A DNA stretch of 32,000 nt from Promethearchaeum syntrophicum. Lineage in GTDB: Archaea; Asgardarchaeota; Lokiarchaeia; Sigyniarchaeales; Promethearchaeaceae. Within the stretch, counting starts at the first letter, position 1. Each line of letters starts with the position of its first letter. Of this stretch, positions 10,341 to 19,646 are shown piece by piece. Location of the stretch: NCBI RefSeq assembly GCF_008000775.2, contig NZ_CP042905.2, positions 3,840,001 through 3,872,000 on the forward strand, read 5' to 3'. A program made the position numbers and the translations under genes. The notes under the pieces were generated by a model. The model saw nothing but the letters and a program-made list of their open reading frames with translations, was not told the origin of the DNA and ran no database searches.

Positions 10341-11801
10341 TTGCTTGACATTTGCCTTCTTAATGGAATTACTGAATTTCAAGAAGAAAATAGAATTAGG
10401 GTGTTCCAAGAATCCGCATCATTTATTAATGGAGTTCTTGTTAATTTAGATGAAAATTTACTCTTACGGGAACCCCCTACCGGATTAATGATTTTGGCGT
10501 CAATTTTAGAGCAAAAAGGTTATTCAGTCGATATAATTGATGGTTCCATTCTTCAAAACCCAAGAGATTATATTTTAGAAAACGCACATAAATATCGCTT
10601 GATAGGTATTACTGGATTAACTAATACATTTAATGATATCCTACAAACAGCAAATCTAATTAAAAAACAATATCCAGAGATTTTTATGGTGATGGGTGGA
10701 CCACATGCATCATTTGAATATGAAAAGATATTATCACAAAATCCAGAAATTGATATGGTATTTATTGGTGAATCAGAAAATTCATTTCCTTGGGTGGTTG
10801 ATAAGTTGCTTCATGCTCCTATTTTAGATTTTGTTGAAGCGGGAAATTCTGAAGAAATTAAAGAGACGCTGAATTCTCCTGGGAAGATTCACAAATTATT
10901 TACAACGATTGATTCCAAAGATATATTACCAAAAGGTATTTCATACAATACGAATAATAACGCGCAATCACCAGATGAACTAAAAAGGGTTATATATACT
11001 GGATTTCCGGAAGCAATTAATTTATCAGAATTGCCATTACCTGCGCGTCATTTAATTTCAAGAATATATTCTGTAGCAGATGTAATCATTAATAGAGGTT
11101 GCCCAAATAAATGTTCTTTTTGTTCACGGACTCATCTTTTCCCTCTAATGCGAATTAGACCAGTAAAACAGGTATTAAAAGAAGTGGAATATATTTCTTC
11201 GTGTGCAAATTATAAATTTGTAAACTTTTACGATAATATCAACATCAACCATCGTTATCTAAATGAATTTTTAGATGGATTAATTTCCCAGAAATTTTCA
11301 TTACCTTGGGGTGCAGAATTAAGAGCCGATGTTATTACCAAAGATGAAGCATTGAAATTAAAAAAGGCAAATTGTAAAATTGTGGCTACTGGTGTGGAAA
11401 GTGCATCTGAGGAAGTCTTAAAAATCAATTTTAAGTTTCAAGATCCGAGCAGAGTTGCAGAAGGCATTAAAATTTTCAAAGAAGTCGGAATTGCTGTACA
11501 AGCTTATTTTGTAATTGGGCTACCGGGAGATAATTGGGACAGATTTAGGACCACTTTAAAATTTGTAGAATCCCTAAATCTGGAAGGTGGTATTGATCGG
11601 GTTGAATTTTTTACTGCTACACCTTACCCGGGTTCAGATTTAGCAATGAATGGAGAAAAATATGGAATTAAAATTCTTAATGATAATTATTCTGAATACG
11701 ATTGTAGAACGATCATTATGGAAACCCAAACCCTTATTTCTTCTGATATTGAAAACATGATAAAAGAAGCTCATTCATTAAAGAAGAAATTAAATTTATG
11801 A
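10341..11801 (+). CDS. B12-binding-domain radical SAM protein
   Basis: N-terminal 'REPPTGLMILASILEQKGYSVDIID' and 'VMGGPHASFEYE'; radical SAM cysteine motif 'NRGCPNKCSFCSRTH' (CxxxCxxC). Confidence 0.9.
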   Translation: MLDICLLNGITEFQEENRIRVFQESASFINGVLVNLDENLLLREPPTGLMILASILEQKGYSVDIIDGSILQNPRDYILENAHKYRLIGITGLTNTFNDILQTANLIKKQYPEIFMVMGGPHASFEYEKILSQNPEIDMVFIGESENSFPWVVDKLLHAPILDFVEAGNSEEIKETLNSPGKIHKLFTTIDSKDILPKGISYNTNNNAQSPDELKRVIYTGFPEAINLSELPLPARHLISRIYSVADVIINRGCPNKCSFCSRTHLFPLMRIRPVKQVLKEVEYISSCANYKFVNFYDNININHRYLNEFLDGLISQKFSLPWGAELRADVITKDEALKLKKANCKIVATGVESASEEVLKINFKFQDPSRVAEGIKIFKEVGIAVQAYFVIGLPGDNWDRFRTTLKFVESLNLEGGIDRVEFFTATPYPGSDLAMNGEKYGIKILNDNYSEYDCRTIIMETQTLISSDIENMIKEAHSLKKKLNL

Positions 11802-11919
11802 AATGATGGAATCGCTAAATATTTATAAATTTGTACTTGGTTTTTAATTAAACTTTTTTTTTATTTTTAGATTTTTCGATGATTTTATACTTTGATGAAT
11901 TAAATAAATGAGGTGAAAA

Positions 11920-12159
11920 ATGATGATAAATGATTATGTGGTTGAATCAGATTATGAAGTAGAAGATATTAAAATAAAAATGAAGAAAATGACTTTGGAA
12001 GAAAAACGCTGGGTTCGTTCACGAATGACAAATTGTGTAAATTGTGGAGTACTTTGTTTAAAAACAGATTTAGAATATGGAAGATGTGTAATATGTAACA
12101 AAAATAAATCAATACGAGAGTTTAGGAGATTACATTCACCAAATTTCAACCGAAAATAG
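11920..12159 (+). CDS. Small zinc-ribbon protein of unknown function
   Basis: 79 aa with 'CVNCGVLCLKTDLEYGRCVICNK' (two CxxC knuckles). Confidence 0.6.
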   Translation: MMINDYVVESDYEVEDIKIKMKKMTLEEKRWVRSRMTNCVNCGVLCLKTDLEYGRCVICNKNKSIREFRRLHSPNFNRK

Positions 12160-12182
12160 GAAGATACAATCTTCCTCTTTTT
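12158..12182 (+). terminator. Terminator-like hairpin overlapping the stop codon of the small zinc-ribbon gene
   Basis: Perfect 8-bp stem AGGAAGAT / ATCTTCCT with ACA loop, followed by CTTTTT. The stop TAG is at 12157-12159. Confidence 0.55.
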
Positions 12183-12275
12183 AAAAATGTGTTATTATAA
12201 AAAATTGTTAAAAGAAAAATGATTTAAAAAATATTTTCGAGACATTCAAACTATTCAAGTTTGTAAGAATCATTC

Positions 12276-12596
12276 TTATTTAGGAGCAATTTGAATTTCC
12301 ATACTGGATACATTCGAACTTCTTCCCTCATCATTTGTTAAAACTTCTGTGCTAATTTTAATATCTTTGTACTTAGCAGTTGGAAAGAATTTGTTAATCA
12401 AAATTTCCGAAACATCTACTGCATGAGATATTGCGCGCCCCCTCGCTTTAATGATACAATCGGTCCCCCTGTTTAAAATTACCATTGCTGCCATTACATA
12501 GTTCATGGTTGGTCTCTTTCCAATATAAACAGAATTATCATTAAACTTCTTTGTTTTCTTGATTTCCTTGTTTTCCTTGTCGGTTTCTTCGCTCAT
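12276..12596 (-). CDS. albA: DNA/RNA-binding protein Alba
   Basis: 'NSVYIGKRPTMNYVMAAMVILNRGTDCIIKARGRAISHAVDVSEILINKFFP...ISTEVLTNDEGRSSNVSSMEIQI' matches the Alba family pattern. Confidence 0.95.
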   Translation of the reverse strand: MSEETDKENKEIKKTKKFNDNSVYIGKRPTMNYVMAAMVILNRGTDCIIKARGRAISHAVDVSEILINKFFPTAKYKDIKISTEVLTNDEGRSSNVSSMEIQIAPK

Positions 12597-12779
12597 TTAT
12601 TTACACCGTTATGTGGGTTTTTTGTGTCAAAGTTTCATTTATTTTATGCATTCTCAATTATTAGAACTTCAAAAAAAATGTATTGAAAATTAAATTATCT
12701 GGCAACATAAAAGGTTTTCATATGACAAAGAAAACAAAAAAGGAATGGAAATTCTTAATTAAATCAACCAAAATCAATC

Positions 12780-13559
12780 TTAATAATAAGGAGACGTATC
12801 ATCGTTTACAACACGTTGTATTGCACCCCAAACATCTTCAATACCCTCACCGTATTTTGCAGATATGGGTAACAACTCTGATATTGCTCCAAATTCTCGA
12901 AATGTACGCCCTAATGATAAAGTTAATTCTCTTAACATTCCATGTTCAAGATTTTCGGTAGCCGATGCGAGTTCATACTCATCATCAACCCATTTCAAAA
13001 TATTTTCGAGCTTTTCTTTATGGATTAAATCTTTTTTAGTTAATAAATTGATTTGACTTAAATTAGCAAATCTGAATTGAACAGAAGCTGCCAGTAATAA
13101 AGTGGAAATAAAGCCATTAGGATGAATGCACATAGTACTATCATATGTGAAAATAATCCCCCGTTTTACACTTCCGAATCCTAAAGCATTCGCTATCATG
13201 GGGCCACTGTTTCTAAAACTAAATAATTCCATTTGACCAGGGGTATCTACTAAAATGATTTCTGGATCGTTATACTGATTAATTTCATATTTTAAGTCTT
13301 CAACATAATTCACCATTAAATCGGTAGCTGCGATCATAGCACCATTTGGTCCCAAACCGGTTTTTTCCATTACCGCATCAACAGTTACATAGTCTTGAAT
13401 ATCGATATCTGGAGTATATGGTAGTGTTCGGCACCCAGGATCTAAATTAATTGTGACCACTGAAATTTCTTGATTGTATTCTTGAAGATATTCAACCAAA
13501 GATTTAATTAATGTTGTTTTTCCCGAACCAGCTGGACCTATAATATATTGTATTAACAT
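12780..13559 (-). CDS. GPN-loop GTPase
   Basis: 'GPAGSGKTTL' P-loop; 'GPNGAM' GPN motif; 'DTPGQMELF'; 'LLTKKDL'. Confidence 0.93.
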   Translation of the reverse strand: MLIQYIIGPAGSGKTTLIKSLVEYLQEYNQEISVVTINLDPGCRTLPYTPDIDIQDYVTVDAVMEKTGLGPNGAMIAATDLMVNYVEDLKYEINQYNDPEIILVDTPGQMELFSFRNSGPMIANALGFGSVKRGIIFTYDSTMCIHPNGFISTLLLAASVQFRFANLSQINLLTKKDLIHKEKLENILKWVDDEYELASATENLEHGMLRELTLSLGRTFREFGAISELLPISAKYGEGIEDVWGAIQRVVNDDTSPYY

Positions 13560-13604
13560 TTAATCACTATTTTTTAATTGATAAATGAAAAAAAGAATAT
13601 ATTC

Positions 13605-13638
13605 CATATTAACTAATGTTTCATATTAGCTAATGTTT
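13605..13638. repeat. Tandem direct repeat of a 17-nt unit in a divergent intergenic region
   Basis: catattaactaatgttt (13605-13621) / catattagctaatgttt (13622-13638), one mismatch. Confidence 0.8.
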
Positions 13639-13672
13639 CATTTTATTTTTAGAAGAATTAGAGGATCTTCAA

Positions 13673-15022
13673 ATGGAAAAGACTAAAAAAGCAAAATATA
13701 AATTCTCCAAGGAAGAATTACGGGATTTATTATATGATTTTAATAAAGAAAAAGGAGCACTTCCATCCGATCGACCTAGAGAAGTTTCCATATGGGATGA
13801 AACATTAAGAGACGGGGAACAAACACCTGGTGTTTTTCTAACATTAGATGAAAAAATTAAGATAGCTACATTTTTAGATGAAATTGGAACGGGTAAAATA
13901 GCTGCTGGGTTTCCTGCCATTTCGCCAAGTGAATTAGATATTGTTAAAAATATTTCAAATTTAGGTTTGAGTAATTCCACTATCTTAGGAATTGCACGCC
14001 CAAAAGAATCAGATATTAATGCGTGTTTAAAGTGTGACTTAAATGAAATAGTTTTATTTATGCCCATTAGTGATCTTCATCTAAAAATCATGAATTTTTC
14101 AAGAGAACAGCAAATTGAGATGATTCAGAAAGCTTTCGATTGTGCTAAAGATCATGGATTGAAATTTAATTGGGTATCAGAAGATGGAACACGGGCTCAA
14201 CCAGAACATTTACTTGAAATTCAGCAATTAGCTATCGATAATAAAGCTTCATCAATTATTCTTGGAGATACTGTGGGAATTTTACAACCTGAGACAACAA
14301 TATACATGATTGAAAAGATGAAAAAGGAATTAAAGAGATGGGATCGAACAAAAACTCAATTGGGAATTCATACACATAATGATTTTGGACAAGCAGTATC
14401 AAATACTTTAGCAGCGGTATATCATGGTGCAACCCTCCCTCATGTATGTGTTAATGGATATGGAGAACGTGCAGGAAACGCTTCATTTGAAGAAGTAGTA
14501 ACTAATTTAGAGGGAATGGGAGTGAGTACAGGAATTAATCTCAGGAAACTAACAGAAATGTCTCATATGGTAGAAGAAATATTTGGATTACCCTTAAGTG
14601 CCCATAAACCTATTGTTGGTTCCAATGCTTTCAGTCATGAAAGTGGCTTACATATCCATGCAATTATTAGTCACCCTATGGCATATGAACCAATAAATCC
14701 ATCATTAGTAGGACAAAAGCGCAAATTTTATCTGGGTAAGTTTTCTGGTTCTTCTTCTATTTTAAATGCAATTGAAACTAAACTAAAAGGCAGTAATCTT
14801 GACATTCCTCGTGAAAGTATAAAGCATATTCTTCAAGATGTAAAAGATTTACAGGAAAAATCATCAAAAAAAGATAAAAAAAGGAGTTTCAAGAAAATTA
14901 AAGAACTGGTTCGATGCATTCAATCGGGTATAAATGATGATGAGTTTTTTGCCATAGTTCAGAAATATGCAAAAAAATATTTGAAAAATTCTTGGGTTTA
15001 TGAAGATAGGGATAAAAAATAA
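13673..15022 (+). CDS. Isopropylmalate/citramalate/homocitrate synthase family protein (specific substrate not assignable)
   Basis: 'IWDETLRDGEQTPGVFLTLDEKIKIA', 'GIHTHNDFGQAVSNTLAAVYHGA', 'NGYGERAGNASFEEVV', 'ESGLHIHAI'. Confidence 0.9.
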   Translation: MEKTKKAKYKFSKEELRDLLYDFNKEKGALPSDRPREVSIWDETLRDGEQTPGVFLTLDEKIKIATFLDEIGTGKIAAGFPAISPSELDIVKNISNLGLSNSTILGIARPKESDINACLKCDLNEIVLFMPISDLHLKIMNFSREQQIEMIQKAFDCAKDHGLKFNWVSEDGTRAQPEHLLEIQQLAIDNKASSIILGDTVGILQPETTIYMIEKMKKELKRWDRTKTQLGIHTHNDFGQAVSNTLAAVYHGATLPHVCVNGYGERAGNASFEEVVTNLEGMGVSTGINLRKLTEMSHMVEEIFGLPLSAHKPIVGSNAFSHESGLHIHAIISHPMAYEPINPSLVGQKRKFYLGKFSGSSSILNAIETKLKGSNLDIPRESIKHILQDVKDLQEKSSKKDKKRSFKKIKELVRCIQSGINDDEFFAIVQKYAKKYLKNSWVYEDRDKK

Positions 15023-15139
15023 CTTAGATAGTCAATTAGAAAATAAATTCATATCCTAAATTTTTTAAATCATTTGCTAAAAATATCTTTAGATAAAAGA
15101 AAATATTTAAGATTTTCATAGAATTTTGTAGAAAAAGAA

Positions 15140-16603
15140 TTGATGAATAAAATGATAACAATTTTTCGGGGTTTTGGATTACCTGAATTTCAAGGTAAAA
15201 AAGTAACTAAAAAACATGTTTTAAAATTGTTTGGAGAACCCGATAAAACCATACTACATAATTCATTCTCATATGAAATGGTATACCAAAAGGGAATTAG
15301 TTTTTTTTATTTACAAGAAGAAGAAGAAATTGAATCGCTAATTGAGACGAAGAAAAAAAAAAAAACTAAGCCAATAAAACTAGTAAATGAAAAACCAAAA
15401 CCGAAAAATGAAGAAGATTCTGAGATTTTCATGATTGGATTTGTAGCTCCATTTTCTGGTCGCACGGAAAAGGGTATAAAATTAAATCTTAATACTATGG
15501 AAGATGTGTTTAATAAATTGGGTAAAAGTAATTGGATTACAACCTTGAATGGAAAATACTGGTGGGTAGAACAATCTAGAATTTCATTTTATATTGAAAA
15601 AGAAGAAAATGATTTACCACAAGTTTTTAATGAAGATGTACTTCTAAAAAAACCTATAATCCGGATCACCGTTCCCTTGATTGAGTTTCTTGATGATGCG
15701 GTTAAAAACGAATTTGGTCTTGATAAACGAACAAAAGAGGATTTTTGTATTGATGGAAGCCTTCATGTTCCAATCATAGACAACGAAAAAGCCGAATCTA
15801 TTTGTTCAAAATGCGGATTAGTTTTATCAGAACGAATGATCTCAATGGAAAAAAGCGGTCAAAGAGCTTTTTCAACAGAAGAACGCAATAAGCGTGAACA
15901 ACATGGCTCTCCAATTAATCCCTTAATGCCAGATCTGCAATTAAGTACAATGATTGATAAAAGAGCTGCCATGCCAGAACCACTAAGAAAAGCGGTCAAA
16001 TGGGATAGCAGATATACATGGAAACAACGTAACATGATTCAAGCCACATCTGAAATAAAACGAATAGGAGAATTATTGAATCTTCCTCAACATGTAAAAA
16101 TCTATGCAGTTAATTTATATCGTAAAGCTTTCCAATTAGGGTTGCTAAAAGGTCGATCCATAAAAGCTATGGTTGCAGCTAGTTTATATTATGCCTGTGG
16201 AGCTGAACAAATCCCAAGAACCCTAGGAGAAATTGCTAAAGTTACTGATTCCACATTTCATAATATAACAAAATGTTATCAATCCTTAATAAAAGAACTA
16301 AATTTACCTAGTCCTACAATCGTCCCTGGATTATTGGTAAGCAAATATGTGACTGACTTAAAATTAGACTATCGAATACAAATTTTAGCCGGAAGAATTC
16401 TTGATAAGTATGAAAAAAGATATACTTTAAGTGGAAAAGATCCCAAAGGGTTAGTAGCAGCAGCTATCTATATTGCTGCACATTATCATCGAATCAAGAT
16501 TAGCCAAACAAAAGTATCGCGAGCAATTGGTATCACAGAAGTGACACTGCGAAATCGTCTAAATGAAATGAAGAAATTTATGCCAGACTATAAAAGAAGT
16601 TAA
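15140..16603 (+). CDS. tfb: Transcription initiation factor B-like protein with long N-terminal extension
   Basis: Ribbon-like 'CIDGSLHVPIIDNEKAESICSKCGLVLSERMI', B-reader/linker-like 'RAFSTEERNKREQHGSP', 'LSTMIDKR', and two cyclin-like repeats ('MIQATSEIKRIGELLNLP...SIKAMVAASLYYAC', 'LVAAAIYIAAHYH...TLRNRLNEM'). Confidence 0.93.
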   Translation: MMNKMITIFRGFGLPEFQGKKVTKKHVLKLFGEPDKTILHNSFSYEMVYQKGISFFYLQEEEEIESLIETKKKKKTKPIKLVNEKPKPKNEEDSEIFMIGFVAPFSGRTEKGIKLNLNTMEDVFNKLGKSNWITTLNGKYWWVEQSRISFYIEKEENDLPQVFNEDVLLKKPIIRITVPLIEFLDDAVKNEFGLDKRTKEDFCIDGSLHVPIIDNEKAESICSKCGLVLSERMISMEKSGQRAFSTEERNKREQHGSPINPLMPDLQLSTMIDKRAAMPEPLRKAVKWDSRYTWKQRNMIQATSEIKRIGELLNLPQHVKIYAVNLYRKAFQLGLLKGRSIKAMVAASLYYACGAEQIPRTLGEIAKVTDSTFHNITKCYQSLIKELNLPSPTIVPGLLVSKYVTDLKLDYRIQILAGRILDKYEKRYTLSGKDPKGLVAAAIYIAAHYHRIKISQTKVSRAIGITEVTLRNRLNEMKKFMPDYKRS

Positions 16604-16863
16604 TCTGCTAATCCAATAAAAATAACTGAATCTCCACGTAAAATAATTTTTGGTAGACTTTCATTTTTTTCTTCTAAATTTCCTTCTTCATCAATTTTTT
16701 TAAAATATGAATATTCTACATTTTCGAGCAGTACATTTAAATGATTATCAAAGGACTTTAAAATCCCTTTGAATTTTCTATTTCTCTTCACTTTAAGAAT
16801 AATTTCCTTACCTAAGGATTGATGAAGTCTTGATATTGGATCATGTGGTGTTGGAGGTGTCAT
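16600..16863 (-). CDS. Sm/LSm-like ribonucleoprotein
   Basis: 'PISRLHQSLGKEIILKVKRNRKFKGILKSFDNHLNVLLENVEY' (Sm1) and 'PKIILRGDSVIFIGL' (Sm2). Confidence 0.92.
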   Translation of the reverse strand: MTPPTPHDPISRLHQSLGKEIILKVKRNRKFKGILKSFDNHLNVLLENVEYSYFKKIDEEGNLEEKNESLPKIILRGDSVIFIGLAD

Positions 16864-16996
16864 GAAAGTTTACTTTTCTTTTCCTTTTTTAAAATACGAA
16901 TATACAAATAATAAAAAACGCCTAAAAATAAAAATATAACTCTATTTTAAAATTTTATTAATAGAAACAAAATATAAAAAGAAAAAATTATAGAAA

Positions 16997-18286
16997 CTAC
17001 CATGGTTTTTGAAGTAATTGACAAAATCTACAAGCAACGAATTCGTTTTCTGGAGGAAATATATCCAATACATTCCCACATTTTATACAATTTAAATTTA
17101 TTAAATTTTGGTCTTTTTCCAATAGATTTTTTTCCCTTAATAGACTTTGAAAGTCATAAGATAATTGCCTTAATACATTTACTACTAAATGCTCATAAGG
17201 GGAACAACAATAAAAGGCTAATACATTCCTCTTAATTTGGGGAACGACTAAAATTTCACAATTTTCTCCAGATTTTACTTCAGTTTTTGCGAAATAAAAA
17301 CTCATTTTGGTGTTTTCTTTATCTATTTTCGAAATTTGAAGAAAACCATATTTCTCAGTTATTTTTTCCAAATATAATTGGGCATTGTCAGGATCTTCTA
17401 CATAAGGAATCCCAAAACCTTGAATTCTTTTAATAATTTCTTTTTTTTTCATAAAAGATTTTATATATTTAATTGAAGATTCTTGTGCAGTAAATTTAGG
17501 AAGTATTGTATCGATCTCTATTGGATATAAACGTAATACCCGAGCAAAACCATCTATTGATTTATATTGCATCAATCCATCAAATTTTATTTGTTTCTGT
17601 TGAGTTTGGTTAAAAAAAATCTCGAATATTTTGCCTTGAGCGGCATTTATTTTACCAATATCAACCCAAATGAAGGATTCTTCTAATTTTACATTATGCT
17701 TCGGATTTATATCTTCATATTTTAGAAAATGTCCAAAGTTAAATTTTAGTCTTGAATTAGTAATTGAATCTTGAGAAGCATTTTTTACGTGTATTCTAAT
17801 ACATAACTTATAAGTTGATATCCCAATACGCATTTCTACTGAAATAAAATCTTTTTGTGATGTTTCTTTTGAACGAGAAATCTCGATTTCTTCAGGAGTA
17901 GATACAAACATATCCTGATGAAAAGATTCGGTTTCTGTATCATTACTAGTGAGTATCTTAGTATCATTTGTTTTAATTGAAGATTTAATCGAATCTAAGT
18001 CAAATTCATTTATATTCCAATCAATTATTTGATCTAAAGTTAGTGTAGGCGCATTTAAATTCTGATTATCGTCTTGTTGTAAAAATATTAAAAATAATTT
18101 TCCTCCATTGATTTGTTGGATTTGGCCATATATCTGTCCTCTGAAATAAAGCCTTATTAAGCATTTTCGGATTTGTAAATCATCCATATTAAATTTATCT
18201 TTTAATATATCTAAACTTAACCGCTCATGCGTCATCATATAACGAACAATATAACTTGCAATTTCAATATCTTGATCTGTAGACAT
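16997..18286 (-). CDS. Uncharacterised protein: N-terminal winged-helix-like region, beta-rich middle and C-terminal zinc ribbon
   Basis: 429 aa. 'MMTHERLSLDILKDKFNMDDLQIRKCLIRLYFRGQIYGQI' (wHTH/PCI-like); 'ISVEMRIGISTYKLCIRIHVKN...' (beta-sandwich-like); 'CIKCGNVLDIFPPENEFVACRFCQ' (CxxC...CxxC). Confidence 0.7.
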   Translation of the reverse strand: MSTDQDIEIASYIVRYMMTHERLSLDILKDKFNMDDLQIRKCLIRLYFRGQIYGQIQQINGGKLFLIFLQQDDNQNLNAPTLTLDQIIDWNINEFDLDSIKSSIKTNDTKILTSNDTETESFHQDMFVSTPEEIEISRSKETSQKDFISVEMRIGISTYKLCIRIHVKNASQDSITNSRLKFNFGHFLKYEDINPKHNVKLEESFIWVDIGKINAAQGKIFEIFFNQTQQKQIKFDGLMQYKSIDGFARVLRLYPIEIDTILPKFTAQESSIKYIKSFMKKKEIIKRIQGFGIPYVEDPDNAQLYLEKITEKYGFLQISKIDKENTKMSFYFAKTEVKSGENCEILVVPQIKRNVLAFYCCSPYEHLVVNVLRQLSYDFQSLLREKNLLEKDQNLINLNCIKCGNVLDIFPPENEFVACRFCQLLQKPW

Positions 18287-18458
18287 CTACGTTCTTTCCT
18301 TTTTCCTTCCTCAATTCATTATTTCTCACTGTGCTTTTTATTGTTTTTGTTTGTAAGTTACTTAATATTTAAATTAGCAATAGTAGTGTAAGTAGAAAAT
18401 ATTTTGAAATCTTCTTAATACAAAGATTTCTTACTAAATATTCCACTATTTTTCTAAT

Positions 18459-18944
18459 TTATTGAAATTTCTTATCATAGGCAGGGCAGCCTAGCTTTCC
18501 TTGTTCACATTTTGCACACGATTTACTTCTAATAAAGAAATTTGGAATTACGCCAAATAATATATACAGAATAAAATATACAAGATGTAATATTGAAAAA
18601 TTGACAATCAGTAAAGTGACTCCTACAATTAATGGTAATAAAGAGGTCACCAGACTAAAAAGTAAAACGGGAATTACATTTTTTGGGTTGTTAAACTCTT
18701 TTGATTCTCCTTGGGAAAAAAAAACTTTACTTAAAATGCCAAAACCAAAACCACATCTTTTCCCATAATAAAAACAATATGTACATCTTAACTTCAGACT
18801 TAAAAATATGGTTAAAATACAGAAAATTGCATAAAATATCCCCGCGATTGAATTTAAGGAATAAATCACAATAGTCCCAAAAAAATAACTCAAAAAAGTA
18901 AAGAGTAGATTCGTACAAATTATTTTTCGAGAGTAAATTTCCAT
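18459..18944 (-). CDS. Cysteine-containing small membrane protein of unknown function
   Basis: 161 aa, about 4 hydrophobic helices with soluble 'CTYCFYYGKRCGFGFG' and 'CAKCEQGKLGCPAY' motifs. Confidence 0.7.
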   Translation of the reverse strand: MEIYSRKIICTNLLFTFLSYFFGTIVIYSLNSIAGIFYAIFCILTIFLSLKLRCTYCFYYGKRCGFGFGILSKVFFSQGESKEFNNPKNVIPVLLFSLVTSLLPLIVGVTLLIVNFSILHLVYFILYILFGVIPNFFIRSKSCAKCEQGKLGCPAYDKKFQ

Positions 18945-18998
18945 AACAATTATTGTACATAAGATGTTTTTAAAGGTTAAGCAATATTTTTTGTACTA

Positions 18999-19625
18999 AT
19001 GGAAAATTCTTCTCTTTCAAAACTTCTAAAAAGGCTTTTTGAAACAAAAACAATAACACCTAGTTATAAAATTCCTCATATTTTATTTTGCATTATGTTA
19101 ATTGGGAAAGAATCCAATGGAATAGGGAGATACAAGATAAGAAATGAAATGAATTTAGGAGAAGGATCAACAAAAACATTATTAAATCGCTTAAAAGATG
19201 AGAATATTATTAAAGTAGATAAAAATCGGCAAAAAGGGCATGTTATAACAAAAATCGGTAAAAAAATTTTTCAAGATTTAGAAAAACTCATTTCATTTCC
19301 GCAAGAACTGGAAAATAAAGAAAATAAATTCGTTGTGGGTAAAATTGCTTATTATTCGATTGTAGATCAAGAAAATATTAAAAATAATCTAGGATCTAGT
19401 ATTAATCAGCGTGATGAAGCCATAAAAATAGGAGGAACAGGAGCATCATGTTTAACTTTTAATGAATCCAATAAATTTGAATTTTCTGATGGAGTTTCAA
19501 TTAACCTTCCAATTGAACAAAAAAAATTAAAAAACGGAGATATTTTAATAATTGGAGGAGGAAATTCAAAAGGAGACGCAATTCTGGCAACTTATGCCTC
19601 AGCTATTTCAGTTTTAAAGATATAA
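18999..19625 (+). CDS. DUF4443-like protein with N-terminal HTH domain
   Basis: 'GIGRYKIRNEMNLGEGSTKTLLNRLKDENII' HTH followed by 'DEAIKIGGTGASCLTF... NGDILIIGGG', consistent with the archaeal DUF4443 family. Confidence 0.7.
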   Translation: MENSSLSKLLKRLFETKTITPSYKIPHILFCIMLIGKESNGIGRYKIRNEMNLGEGSTKTLLNRLKDENIIKVDKNRQKGHVITKIGKKIFQDLEKLISFPQELENKENKFVVGKIAYYSIVDQENIKNNLGSSINQRDEAIKIGGTGASCLTFNESNKFEFSDGVSINLPIEQKKLKNGDILIIGGGNSKGDAILATYASAISVLKI

Positions 19626-19646
19626 CAGTAAAAAATTATAACAGAA

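Noticed and set aside
12276-12596. Possible ribosomal protein S10 near EF-1A
   Set aside because: EF-1A and S10 are often adjacent in archaea, but the sequence pattern (VYIGKRPTMNYV...IKARGRAISHAVD) is Alba.
12683-13056. Plus-strand ORFs 12683..12961 and 12865..13056
   Set aside because: They largely overlap the GPN-loop GTPase gene on the opposite strand and have no recognisable motifs.
13669-14067. Minus-strand ORF 13669..14067 and other antisense ORFs over strong genes (8915, 9338, 9566, 9678, 22678, 28064, 28319)
   Set aside because: They lie antisense to confidently assigned genes, and their sequences carry no independent evidence of coding.
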